From an uncultured virus (IMG/VR IMGVR_UViG_3300037634_003213) (Duplodnaviria; Heunggongvirae; Uroviricota; Caudoviricetes), in IMG/VR virus record IMGVR_UViG_3300037634_003213: a stretch of 64,000 nucleotides of DNA. One strand, written 5' to 3'. Made by a program: the position numbers and the translations under genes. This document shows positions 56,707 through 64,000 of this stretch, piece by piece. Position 1 is the stretch's first letter. Each line of letters starts with the position of its first letter. The notes beneath the pieces are model-generated. The model had not been told where the DNA came from and searched no databases. It was given only the letters and a program-made list of their open reading frames with translations.

Positions 56707-57278
56707 CGGTTGCGTGCCCACCCAGTACCCCTGGACTCCTGTGTTCTGGCCGTCGCATAACGCTCAAGGATACGGACAGCCGCAGACCTGGCCTTCTTTG
56801 CACTCGACAAGTCGAGCGTCTTGAGGTCTGTAAAGTTTGCAGCCTTACCTCTCCGGCTCTTTCTGCAATCCCTATAGGCGAGAGCATCCTCGGACGATGA
56901 CAGAAGAACACGAAACAAAGGGCCGTCTTGGTTGTACAGCATGTCAGACAGAGACCTTGTCTGTTCTGGGAGAGTCATCAAGTCTTCAAGAACCTCTTGG
57001 TCAACGTCATCCCAGTCAAGCACTTCATCTATGAGTGACTCAGACAATCTCCTCCAACCAGACTTGATGGGCCATGGCCGCTTAGGGACCACGGATAGAT
57101 AACAGTTGATGGACGACTTCTGAGTTAGCCCACAAAACTCCCTAAGAGTTCTGGTTATCTCCGCCCTTGTGAAACCATCGAGTCGCATCTCTCGTACAAT
57201 CTCTTGATGTTCACCTTTCCAAAGACGACTACGCATGAAACGATCCACAATAAGAACCGCAGAATCCAGAGCAATCAA
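56703..57278 (-). CDS. Hypothetical protein, possibly DNA-binding; start uncertain
   Basis: 191-aa ORF in a gap with no long plus-strand ORF. Confidence 0.5.
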   Translation of the reverse strand: MIALDSAVLIVDRFMRSRLWKGEHQEIVREMRLDGFTRAEITRTLREFCGLTQKSSINCYLSVVPKRPWPIKSGWRRLSESLIDEVLDWDDVDQEVLEDLMTLPEQTRSLSDMLYNQDGPLFRVLLSSSEDALAYRDCRKSRRGKAANFTDLKTLDLSSAKKARSAAVRILERYATARTQESRGTGWARNR

Positions 57279-57618
57279 TGTCGCTGATGGAAGCGAAGTA
57301 CCCGCAGCACCCTGGCATTATGGTGCCGTCCAAGCATGGCTTGCCTGGCGCAAGGTGCAGCAAGAAATGGGAGACAGCATCTTGCTCAAGGACTTCTCCG
57401 CTGACTGTAGCAGTACGATGGTGCGCGTTGTCGCACTTCTGTCTGGTCTCAACAAAGGCTCGGGATCATTTAATGCCGTGCATAAGTGGTGCATTGAAAT
57501 CTCAGCCTCTTGGAAAGAGCGGGGTGTGCCTTACGAGATGTGGCTGCTGGCCCGACCGGATGGAACGATTGGAGCCAAAGCAAGAAAAACTACTGACAAC
57601 AAAGCTAAGACTGTATAA
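57235..57618 (+). CDS. Hypothetical protein, apparent paralog of 57889-58164; start uncertain
   Basis: Shared A.H.W...KE.G.P....L..PDG pattern. Confidence 0.5.
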   Translation: MKRSTIRTAESRAINVADGSEVPAAPWHYGAVQAWLAWRKVQQEMGDSILLKDFSADCSSTMVRVVALLSGLNKGSGSFNAVHKWCIEISASWKERGVPYEMWLLARPDGTIGAKARKTTDNKAKTV

Positions 57619-57653
57619 TATATGCATACACAAGGAGGAAACTAAAAAGCACC

Positions 57654-57908
57654 ATGACGAACTCTTTGCCTGTTCACCCACATGTGTTCTGGGCACCAAC
57701 GACAACCTTTAAAATCACCACCAACAACTTCAAAATATGCTGGAAACGGGGGCCCAGACGGGAAGCAATGGGGGCAGACCCGATCAATAACCTTGGCGAC
57801 ATAACTACTAACGATAACCCTATCACCTATACAAAGACTCTTTGGAAGCGGATTGCCGCTATCAGCACGAGGAAACAAGGAAACAACCATGATAAGAACT
57901 ACACCTAA
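57654..57908 (+). CDS. Hypothetical protein
   Basis: AAGGAGG upstream; TATAAT at 57614. Confidence 0.5.
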   Translation: MTNSLPVHPHVFWAPTTTFKITTNNFKICWKRGPRREAMGADPINNLGDITTNDNPITYTKTLWKRIAAISTRKQGNNHDKNYT

Positions 57909-58164
57909 ACCAAAAGAAACACGCGCCCAGAAATTCTACAGGCTTTCCGAATGCAAATCAATGGCAGAGTTTGCACGCAAGACAAGCTTCCACCCAGTGA
58001 CAATAAGAACATATCTCCTTCCATCCGATAGGAAAAGCTGGAGACCAACACCTATCCCTGCTTTGCATAACTGGGCACAAGCCCTCAAGGAAGGCGGCGG
58101 ACCATCAATCGCTATTGGGCTTTGGCCTGATGGGGACGTGACCTTTGAAGTCGAACAAGAATAG
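57889..58164 (+). CDS. Cro-like HTH protein (start revised, MIRTTP...)
   Basis: SMAEFARKTSFHPVTIRTYL helix-turn-helix pattern; AAGGA SD. Confidence 0.6.
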   Translation: MIRTTPKPKETRAQKFYRLSECKSMAEFARKTSFHPVTIRTYLLPSDRKSWRPTPIPALHNWAQALKEGGGPSIAIGLWPDGDVTFEVEQE

Positions 58165-58453
58165 GCGACCAAAGTATTGGTCAAACTGGAGAGAGGACTC
58201 AAAGCTGTCGAGCATAGTGGCTTCCTATGAGATCTTCATAGGGGATAGACTGTCTGTTGTATCGTTCACTAATACAGGCGCACCCATAATGGAGATAGTC
58301 TCGCCAAAAAGATCACTAAGAAAAAAAGCAAAAAAAGCAGGGATGATTTATGGGCGATGGCCAACAGAAAACGGTGGAGAACGGCGCGGGTGGATACCTG
58401 GCCGACCTGATGAGCCGTTAGAAACAAACCCTTATTTAATTGAAAAGCGTTGA
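58145..58453 (+). CDS. Hypothetical basic protein
   Basis: 102-aa ORF, last of the plus-strand block. Confidence 0.5.
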   Translation: MKSNKNRRPKYWSNWREDSKLSSIVASYEIFIGDRLSVVSFTNTGAPIMEIVSPKRSLRKKAKKAGMIYGRWPTENGGERRGWIPGRPDEPLETNPYLIEKR

Positions 58454-58483
58454 TGAGTAGTAAAAGTCGGTTAGACTTAAACC

Positions 58484-58559
58484 TGTCAGGTGTTGGTTGC
58501 CTCCAACCACGACGTTGCGACCCCGGTAGTGTCGGTCTCTATCGGGGTCGCTTTACGTC
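58484..58559 (+). ncRNA. Candidate trans-acting sRNA antisense to the GGAGGCAACCAA start motif
   Basis: TTGGTTGCCTCC at 58493-58504 in a hairpin; TTGATG-N16-TAGACT at 58450-58477; strong 3' stem 58511-58559. Confidence 0.6.
58517..58554 (+). terminator. Hairpin between convergent genes (terminator-like, short U tail)
   Basis: GCGACCCCGGTAG-N9-CTATCGGGGTCGC-TTT. Confidence 0.6.
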
Positions 58560-58562
58560 CAG

Positions 58563-58754
58563 CTAAGACTGTTGAGAATATCCATCGGCGGCCCAGCCGC
58601 CCCCTTTGAGTGAGAAGCTTGTCCGCGATACCATCTTATTGGTCCGCTTAGACTGGCACTTTGGACACACCTGGGCTTTGTCGCGCTCCGCTTGGGACAA
58701 GAGCTTATCGAACTGAGCAGCGCAGTTGTCACAACGATATTCAAAGATGGGCAT
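58563..58754 (-). CDS. FmdB-family zinc-ribbon protein
   Basis: MPIFEYRCDNC...CPKC...FSLKGGGWAADGY. Confidence 0.85.
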   Translation of the reverse strand: MPIFEYRCDNCAAQFDKLLSQAERDKAQVCPKCQSKRTNKMVSRTSFSLKGGGWAADGYSQQS

Positions 58755-58755
58755 T

Positions 58756-60156
58756 TTAGTACCAGGTTGGTTGACTGTCCTCATCATCAAGGTCTTTCCT
58801 TATACGCTTAACCTGTGTGAATTCAACGGGCCGCACTACCCGCCGAGTCTTGTCCTCAAACTTCTGGTTACTCGCATTCCAATCCACATGCACAGTGCCG
58901 GTTGCTCCGTTGCGATGCTTGGATATAATAATCTCAGCGTCTGAGGGGTCAGCCCTTTCGTCGTAGTAACTGTGCCTATAAAGGAACATCACCACGTCTG
59001 CGTCTTGTTCCAGTGAGCCAGAACCTCTTAGGTCTGACAGCATGGGCCGCTTGTTGGTGCGCTGCTCGCAGCCACGGTTGAGTTGGGCAAGGCAGAGGAT
59101 AGGCACATCCAAATCTCTTGACAGCACCTTTAATGCACTGGACACCTGTGAAACACTTTGCTCCATACTCTCCGCTTTTGGCGGTCGAATAAGTTGCAGG
59201 TAGTCCACCACGATCAAACCAAGATCGGGCTGCCTTGACTTAAGGCGGCGTGCTTGTGCAGATATTTTTGCAATACTGATCCCAGCCTTATCTGAAACAT
59301 ACAAGGGAGAATCGTGAAGGAACTCAAGCGCTGATGTTTCAAGCCGGTCCCAATCTTTAGAGCTAAGGTCTCCCGTCTTTATGTTCCAAGCGTTTACCTT
59401 GGCAAGTGAAGAAGCCATTCGGTCAGTCAGTTGATCCGCGCTCATCTCTAAAGAAAAGAAAGCCACAGGTACTCGTGCCTCTAAAGCAGCAACCGCAAGG
59501 TTTAAAGACATGGCTGTCTTGCCCATGGAGGGTCGAGCAGCCAACAACGTTAGGCCAGGGTGAAGGCCGCTCAATACATTGTCGAGCGCCACAAGGCCCG
59601 TAGACAAGGCAGTCACAGTTCCGCTGGCATTTAGCGCAGCAAGCCTCTCCCACCGATTCTGAGCGCTTTCGACAAGCTGCGGACCCTCATGCCAGTCGTC
59701 TCCACGTTGTCTGCCAGCAATGTCTAGTAGGTCCTTCTGGCCCTGCTCAATAAGCTCATCAATCTCTAAGCCGCCGTTGGTAGCGCAAGCCTGTAAATTT
59801 ATAGAGGCTAAAACCATTCGCCTACGAATAGCCTTCTCTCTCATGTTCTTGGCATGGTAGGGAACCGAATCAAGAACAGGACAACATTCAGGCAGGCTTG
59901 TGATGTATGCGAGGTCGTTATATTTAGACTCTGAATTTGTGGTCATGAGATGTTCGCAAACCATCAAGACATCAACGTGCTTCCCGCTGTGGGCTCGCGA
60001 GCGAATCAAAAGATAAAGGTTCTTGTGTTTGTTACTATAGAAATCGTCTGGCTCGATCTCACCAGCAACGTCATTCAATAGTGTGGAGTCTGATAGTAAA
60101 CCTCCGAGAACAACTTTTTCGCTTTGAATGCTGTTAGGAAACTGCTTGTCGGTCAT
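58756..60156 (-). CDS. dnaB: Replicative DNA helicase
   Basis: AARPSMGKT, FSLEMS, VVDYLQL, AQLNR, SDLRGSGSLEQDAD, KHRNG. Confidence 0.97.
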   Translation of the reverse strand: MTDKQFPNSIQSEKVVLGGLLSDSTLLNDVAGEIEPDDFYSNKHKNLYLLIRSRAHSGKHVDVLMVCEHLMTTNSESKYNDLAYITSLPECCPVLDSVPYHAKNMREKAIRRRMVLASINLQACATNGGLEIDELIEQGQKDLLDIAGRQRGDDWHEGPQLVESAQNRWERLAALNASGTVTALSTGLVALDNVLSGLHPGLTLLAARPSMGKTAMSLNLAVAALEARVPVAFFSLEMSADQLTDRMASSLAKVNAWNIKTGDLSSKDWDRLETSALEFLHDSPLYVSDKAGISIAKISAQARRLKSRQPDLGLIVVDYLQLIRPPKAESMEQSVSQVSSALKVLSRDLDVPILCLAQLNRGCEQRTNKRPMLSDLRGSGSLEQDADVVMFLYRHSYYDERADPSDAEIIISKHRNGATGTVHVDWNASNQKFEDKTRRVVRPVEFTQVKRIRKDLDDEDSQPTWY

Positions 60157-61121
60157 CGGTGGTTGCCTCTACTAATGATTTTGTTTTGAGTGTTGCTCTG
60201 AAGCTCAGTCCGAACCTCTGATAGAAATTGATCGCGTACAACGTGTTGCTGTTTTCCAGGTCGGAGGGTTCCCAAAAATCTCCAGCCCCCCACTGAATCA
60301 ACAGCCTCAACCATTGCTTCATGCACTCGTCGTATACTGTGAAGCGATGTTGGCCGAGAAGGATAAGCCCCAACCAAGAACAGCAGGCGCTCCCACAGAG
60401 CCTCGTACTTTGGTTCAAACGATTGCTTCTTAGGTGGAATGAATACCCATTCATTTCCATCCCATCTTTCTCTGGCCACTGTCACATTGCGATCTACCTT
60501 CTCTCTATTAAGAAGATTGGCAATGTCCATGTATCCCTGCTGTCGCCAGCTATCGACCAAGAAGTCACCGTCTGGAAACTCAAAGGCCATTCGGACAACA
60601 AGGATGAGATCCTGAGCGGTATGACCCCCAACCAAAGCGGCCCGTAACACACGCTCTCTACCCTTCGTTAGCTTGTTGTGGCGATGGGTCCTTCGGTATT
60701 GAGCTAACTCCCAGACATCAAACACAGTTCGGATCTCTACAACAAATCGTTCAGCACGTTTTGGGACGATGACAGCAGCAGGTTGGGACGCAAAAAGAAC
60801 CAGGCTTTCTGTGATTACAGGGGTTTGCGTATCCTCAACAGCGATAGTTTGGGACGGCACCGTATCTGTGTTGGGACAATTTGGTTTAAATCGATCCAGT
60901 ATCGAGCGTGTTTTTCTTTCGGTAAGACCCCATCGACTCATTAGTTTTCGGCGCGACGGAACTTTTCCAGTTTCAAGTTCAAGAAAACCAATATCAATTT
61001 CTGCCAATTTAATAGGCCATGGTTTTTTTATAGCCTGCCGAACCTGCCTCCACGCATCAGCAGTGATTAATAATCCGGTCGGTCCACTGTCTTTATTCAT
61101 CTTGCCATCGGTCCTTTCCAC
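60153..61121 (-). CDS. Putative replication initiator (lambda O-like position)
   Basis: N-terminal winged-HTH-like PSRRKLMSRWGLTERKTRSIL; internal iterons; directly upstream of dnaB. Confidence 0.6.
   Translation of the reverse strand: MERTDGKMNKDSGPTGLLITADAWRQVRQAIKKPWPIKLAEIDIGFLELETGKVPSRRKLMSRWGLTERKTRSILDRFKPNCPNTDTVPSQTIAVEDTQTPVITESLVLFASQPAAVIVPKRAERFVVEIRTVFDVWELAQYRRTHRHNKLTKGRERVLRAALVGGHTAQDLILVVRMAFEFPDGDFLVDSWRQQGYMDIANLLNREKVDRNVTVARERWDGNEWVFIPPKKQSFEPKYEALWERLLFLVGAYPSRPTSLHSIRRVHEAMVEAVDSVGGWRFLGTLRPGKQQHVVRDQFLSEVRTELQSNTQNKIISRGNHR
60761..60877 (-). repeat. Four GTCCCAA iterons inside the initiator gene
   Basis: TTGGGAC (+) at 60761, 60783, 60849 and 60871; spacings 22/66/22. 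Confidence 0.75.
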
Positions 61122-61171
61122 TTCTACTGATTCATAGCGAAAACTGTTTGACTGTCAATGCCTGTGACAAA

Positions 61172-61690
61172 TCATGACAATTCGTTTTGCAAATTTCTAA
61201 GGCCCCACATTGCGATACACGCCGCGTCAGCAATGCCGTCGTGAGCTTTGCGTTTTCTGCCTGGTGATAAATCCAGTTTGGGTAGCCGCTGTTTACAAAG
61301 ATAAATGGCGCGGCCCTTTCCTGAGCCGGGGACATCTCGGAGCACTGACTTTTGCCAGGTCTTAGGATGCACCACCGAACAGGGGATGGCTAATGTCCCT
61401 ATTACACCAAGCCACAAGCCGTACCCCATCCCAAGCGAAAACATTGAAGTCCCGCCCTGTGACGGCATGGCCTGCTGTTTTTCTATACATACAAGACGCA
61501 CTTCTTGCAGCGCATGAAGCTCAGTTAAATGATTCCCCATAGCGACTGCGTCATATTCTCGTCGGCTACCTTTCCCAATCGGAACTGTGAACCGCTCCTT
61601 GGTAAGCGCTACACTCCTTATGATTCCGTGTTCGTCCATGGCGACAACCGCGCCGTCTTTCCCTGGGTCAATTGCTACTACTAAACTCAT
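61172..61690 (-). CDS. ruvC: RuvC-like Holliday junction resolvase (start revised)
   Basis: VAIDPGKDGA, CIEKQ, FSLG.GYG, P.TWQK, HDGIADAACIA. Confidence 0.85.
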   Translation of the reverse strand: MSLVVAIDPGKDGAVVAMDEHGIIRSVALTKERFTVPIGKGSRREYDAVAMGNHLTELHALQEVRLVCIEKQQAMPSQGGTSMFSLGMGYGLWLGVIGTLAIPCSVVHPKTWQKSVLRDVPGSGKGRAIYLCKQRLPKLDLSPGRKRKAHDGIADAACIAMWGLRNLQNELS

Positions 61691-61928
61691 TTTCTGCCTC
61701 CAATATCTCGGGTACAAGGTCATCAAACATAAGGGAACCAGGCTTGACGCCAAGCCGCGACGAAATTTCTTCAAGCCGTTTTTTTCTTGGAGCAACGCGG
61801 CCCGACATGTACCGCTTTAAAAGCGAGTAGTCTATGCCTGTTTCCCTGGAAAACTGCCTGAACCCGCAGCCGTAAGCTTGGATTAGGTAGTGAAGGTTCT
61901 GACCAAATATTCGATAGGGCTCGTTCAT
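61668..61928 (-). CDS. XRE-family HTH regulator (start revised, MNEPY...), probably leaderless
   Basis: FGQNL..LI......RQFSRETGIDYSLLKRYMSG...P....L..IS..LGV. Confidence 0.8.
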   Translation of the reverse strand: MNEPYRIFGQNLHYLIQAYGCGFRQFSRETGIDYSLLKRYMSGRVAPRKKRLEEISSRLGVKPGSLMFDDLVPEILEAENEFSSSN

Positions 61929-61971
61929 TGTTTCTACTATATAGTATTGGGGGCAAAATGCACACCCACCC

Positions 61972-61995
61972 TTGACAGGGCGCATCAAATGCGCC
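61972..61995 (+). promoter_or_regulatory. TTGACA followed by the palindrome GGCGCAT-CAA-ATGCGCC (operator candidate)
   Basis: Divergent intergenic region next to the XRE gene. Confidence 0.5.
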
Positions 61996-62061
61996 AAGTT
62001 CTTTTGGAGGCGGTCAGTTTATTGCTCGTCATTACATTATGCTAATCCAAGGAGAGCACCC

Positions 62062-62697
62062 GTGTCTATTTTACCTGAAGTTACTGAGACTCTAATGAAG
62101 GAAAGCAATACAAGAAAGCTTACAGACCCAAGCGTTTTGATTGCCACGGCTAACCGCATGCTTTCTAAGGTCACAGTCGAGGGGAACCCAGAGCACCGGA
62201 CCCGTAGCAAGATTGCCCGCTGGCGCGTATCAAACCTTCTCAGCGCTATTGATGAGGCCACTTGGTTCAATATGGTATCAGCAACGCTTGACGGGCAAAA
62301 GAAAACCCTGAACAACATGCAGTCAAACGGCGACTGGCAGCCCTGTGGTTTCGAGGCTGAGATCCGCGAGGACGCTGGGGTGGCTATCTTTATGCTCGGT
62401 GTTGAATGGACAGATGAAAACGGGGCGGAAGATGTTGTCTATCAGAACGGTGCCCCTGTTGTAAACGTTAACGTCACCACAAAAAGCGAACCAAGCGGTG
62501 GCAACGAAATGACTCTTGAGATCTTAAAGATGCTGGCCGCAGGCCAAGTCAATGCTAACGAAGCCATTTCACGCTTAGAGGGCGTTCTCTCCTCAAAAGA
62601 TGAGGAAGAAGTCATTAAAGAAGCAGAGCCTACAGCCAAGGCTAAGACAGCAACCACTAACAAAAAGCGCTCAATCGGAAAACGACCTACGAACTGA
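62062..62697 (+). CDS. Hypothetical protein (GTG start)
   Basis: AAGGAG SD at 62049. Confidence 0.65.
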   Translation: MSILPEVTETLMKESNTRKLTDPSVLIATANRMLSKVTVEGNPEHRTRSKIARWRVSNLLSAIDEATWFNMVSATLDGQKKTLNNMQSNGDWQPCGFEAEIREDAGVAIFMLGVEWTDENGAEDVVYQNGAPVVNVNVTTKSEPSGGNEMTLEILKMLAAGQVNANEAISRLEGVLSSKDEEEVIKEAEPTAKAKTATTNKKRSIGKRPTN

Positions 62698-62871
62698 TCG
62701 GCGCTCATCAGGATGAATCCTTTGGACCGACCCATCGGCACTAAGAAGCCCTGCAAGTTCGAGGTTTTTACCTCGTTCCAGGGCGACCTTTGGTTTATCT
62801 CCAGAGTCCACCGCTTTTTTGGCATACTTGGCGGCTCTTGCGATTCCTTGATGACTAATTTTATTTTTCAT
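62671..62871 (-). CDS. Possible leaderless 66-aa protein (MKNKISHQ...)
   Basis: TAGTCA-N17-TATAAT ending 6 nt before the ATG. Confidence 0.4.
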   Translation of the reverse strand: MKNKISHQGIARAAKYAKKAVDSGDKPKVALERGKNLELAGLLSADGSVQRIHPDERRSVRRSFSD

Positions 62872-62899
62872 AAAAACATTATACCCCACGGAGTACAAC

Positions 62900-63838
62900 T
62901 TGACTAAACCTGAAGGCTGGCACGAGGCAAGAATGTCTGGTTTGGGGGGCTCCGACATTGCGGCAGTCCTCGGATTATCTAAATGGACCAGTCCCATTGA
63001 CGTGTGGAATCAGAAGCGAGGGCTTGTTGAGCCACTTGATGAAACCAATCCAATGAGGCGAGGCCGTTTGTTAGAACCTGCTATTGCTGAATGGTATGCA
63101 GAAGAAACTGGTCTTGATGTTTTGAACGGTGAAGAGATGCCCATCGTTGGGCCAAAGCCATTTATGCTTGCAAGTCCTGATAGGTACGTCAGTGTTAACG
63201 GAGCCCGATTCGGGTTGGAGATTAAAACAGCGCGTAGCGCTGACGGCTGGGGAGACTCCCTTAGCGCTGGCGTGCCTGTCTATTATGCAACCCAGGCTGC
63301 TTGGTACATGGCTTGTACTGGTATTGACCGATGGGACTTCGCGGTTCTGTTCTTGGTCAACGATGAGTTCCGTCGTTACACGCTTTTTCGGGACAAGAAG
63401 ACAGAGAAGAAGCTTGTAAAGAAATGTGGTGACTGGTGGGAGAAACACGTTTTACTTGGAGAGCCACCACCCATCGACGGATCATCGGCTGCTGACAAAT
63501 ATTTACAAGACAAGTTTAGCAATCCAAGTGATGAGTACCGTTCTCCAGACATAGAGGAGGAAGCTTTGATCTTTGATCTGGATGACATCCAAACGGAAAT
63601 CAAGTCTTTGAAAGAAAAAGAATCGCTTTTAAAGAACAAAATTAAAGAACGTATAGGCAAAAACGCGGGCTTTCGTGGGGTGTTCGGAACCGTATCTTGG
63701 AAGCTTAGCAAGGGCCGGTCAAGCCTCAACTCCAAAGCTCTTAAGGAAAAACACCCAGACATAGCAAAAGCTTTTACTAGAACGTCTGAACCTGCAAGGA
63801 TTTTAAGAATGAACATTCAACACAAGAGAGGCAACTAA
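62900..63838 (+). CDS. YqaJ-like viral recombinase exonuclease
   Basis: R..GLGGSDIAAVLGLSKW, G..LEP.IA, ASPD, LEIKT, YYATQ..WYM. Confidence 0.92.
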   Translation: MTKPEGWHEARMSGLGGSDIAAVLGLSKWTSPIDVWNQKRGLVEPLDETNPMRRGRLLEPAIAEWYAEETGLDVLNGEEMPIVGPKPFMLASPDRYVSVNGARFGLEIKTARSADGWGDSLSAGVPVYYATQAAWYMACTGIDRWDFAVLFLVNDEFRRYTLFRDKKTEKKLVKKCGDWWEKHVLLGEPPPIDGSSAADKYLQDKFSNPSDEYRSPDIEEEALIFDLDDIQTEIKSLKEKESLLKNKIKERIGKNAGFRGVFGTVSWKLSKGRSSLNSKALKEKHPDIAKAFTRTSEPARILRMNIQHKRGN

Positions 63839-64000
63839 TGGCTAAAAACGAAATCGCTCAGAAACCAGTAACTAAGATGGACAAATTTAAAGATCTCATC
63901 AACGGTAAGATGAAGTCGCAAGTGGCAGCCATCTTACCGAAACACCTTACTCCTGAACGCCTGTGCAAGGTCATGATTGTTGAGGCAAGCAGAACTCCTA
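63838..64000 (+). CDS. recT: RecT-family recombinase, 5' part (truncated by the window edge)
   Basis: MAKNEI...AILPKHLTPERL; follows the YqaJ gene; GAGGCAACTA-ATG. Confidence 0.8.
   Translation, partial: MAKNEIAQKPVTKMDKFKDLINGKMKSQVAAILPKHLTPERLCKVMIVEASRTP

Noticed and set aside
1..64000. tRNA genes, integrase, DNA or RNA polymerase
   Set aside because: No cloverleaf or catalytic motifs recognised by eye; tRNAscan-SE and HMM searches are needed to exclude them

Overview
This window is most of a tailed dsDNA bacteriophage genome of podovirus-like organisation; the host cannot be assigned from the sequence. Bases 1-40055 (minus strand) are the virion and packaging module: terminase, a 1492-aa multi-domain protein, portal, scaffold, major capsid protein, decoration protein, tail adaptor/nozzle, SLT lysozyme, tail proteins and ejection proteins including a 4494-aa giant. 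Bases 40146-42947 encode SSB, a Dam-family methylase with a histone-H1-like tail, and small ORFs. Bases ~42970-43600 are a G/C-run-rich stretch and a divergent promoter, possibly the genome end. Bases ~43620-58450 are a rightward early region. It opens with a ~0.6-0.8 kb structured non-coding RNA carrying two boxA-like sites, followed by a DnaA-box array, about 40 small ORFs (ArdC, a beta-clamp-like mini protein, HTH proteins) and an iteron/AT-rich origin-like locus. Bases 58563-64000 encode DnaB, a replication initiator with internal iterons, RuvC, an XRE regulator, YqaJ and RecT (partial). The strongest candidate for a new system is a shared non-canonical start motif, (G)GAGGCAAC(C/T)-N1-5-ATG, in front of 18 genes. 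A small intergenic, hairpin-flanked element at ~58484-58559 carries its exact complement (UUGGUUGCCUCC), suggesting a phage sRNA that controls a whole gene class through one engineered RBS seed. No tRNA, CRISPR array, integrase or DNA polymerase was recognised. All protein calls come from motifs and synteny read by eye, not from database searches.
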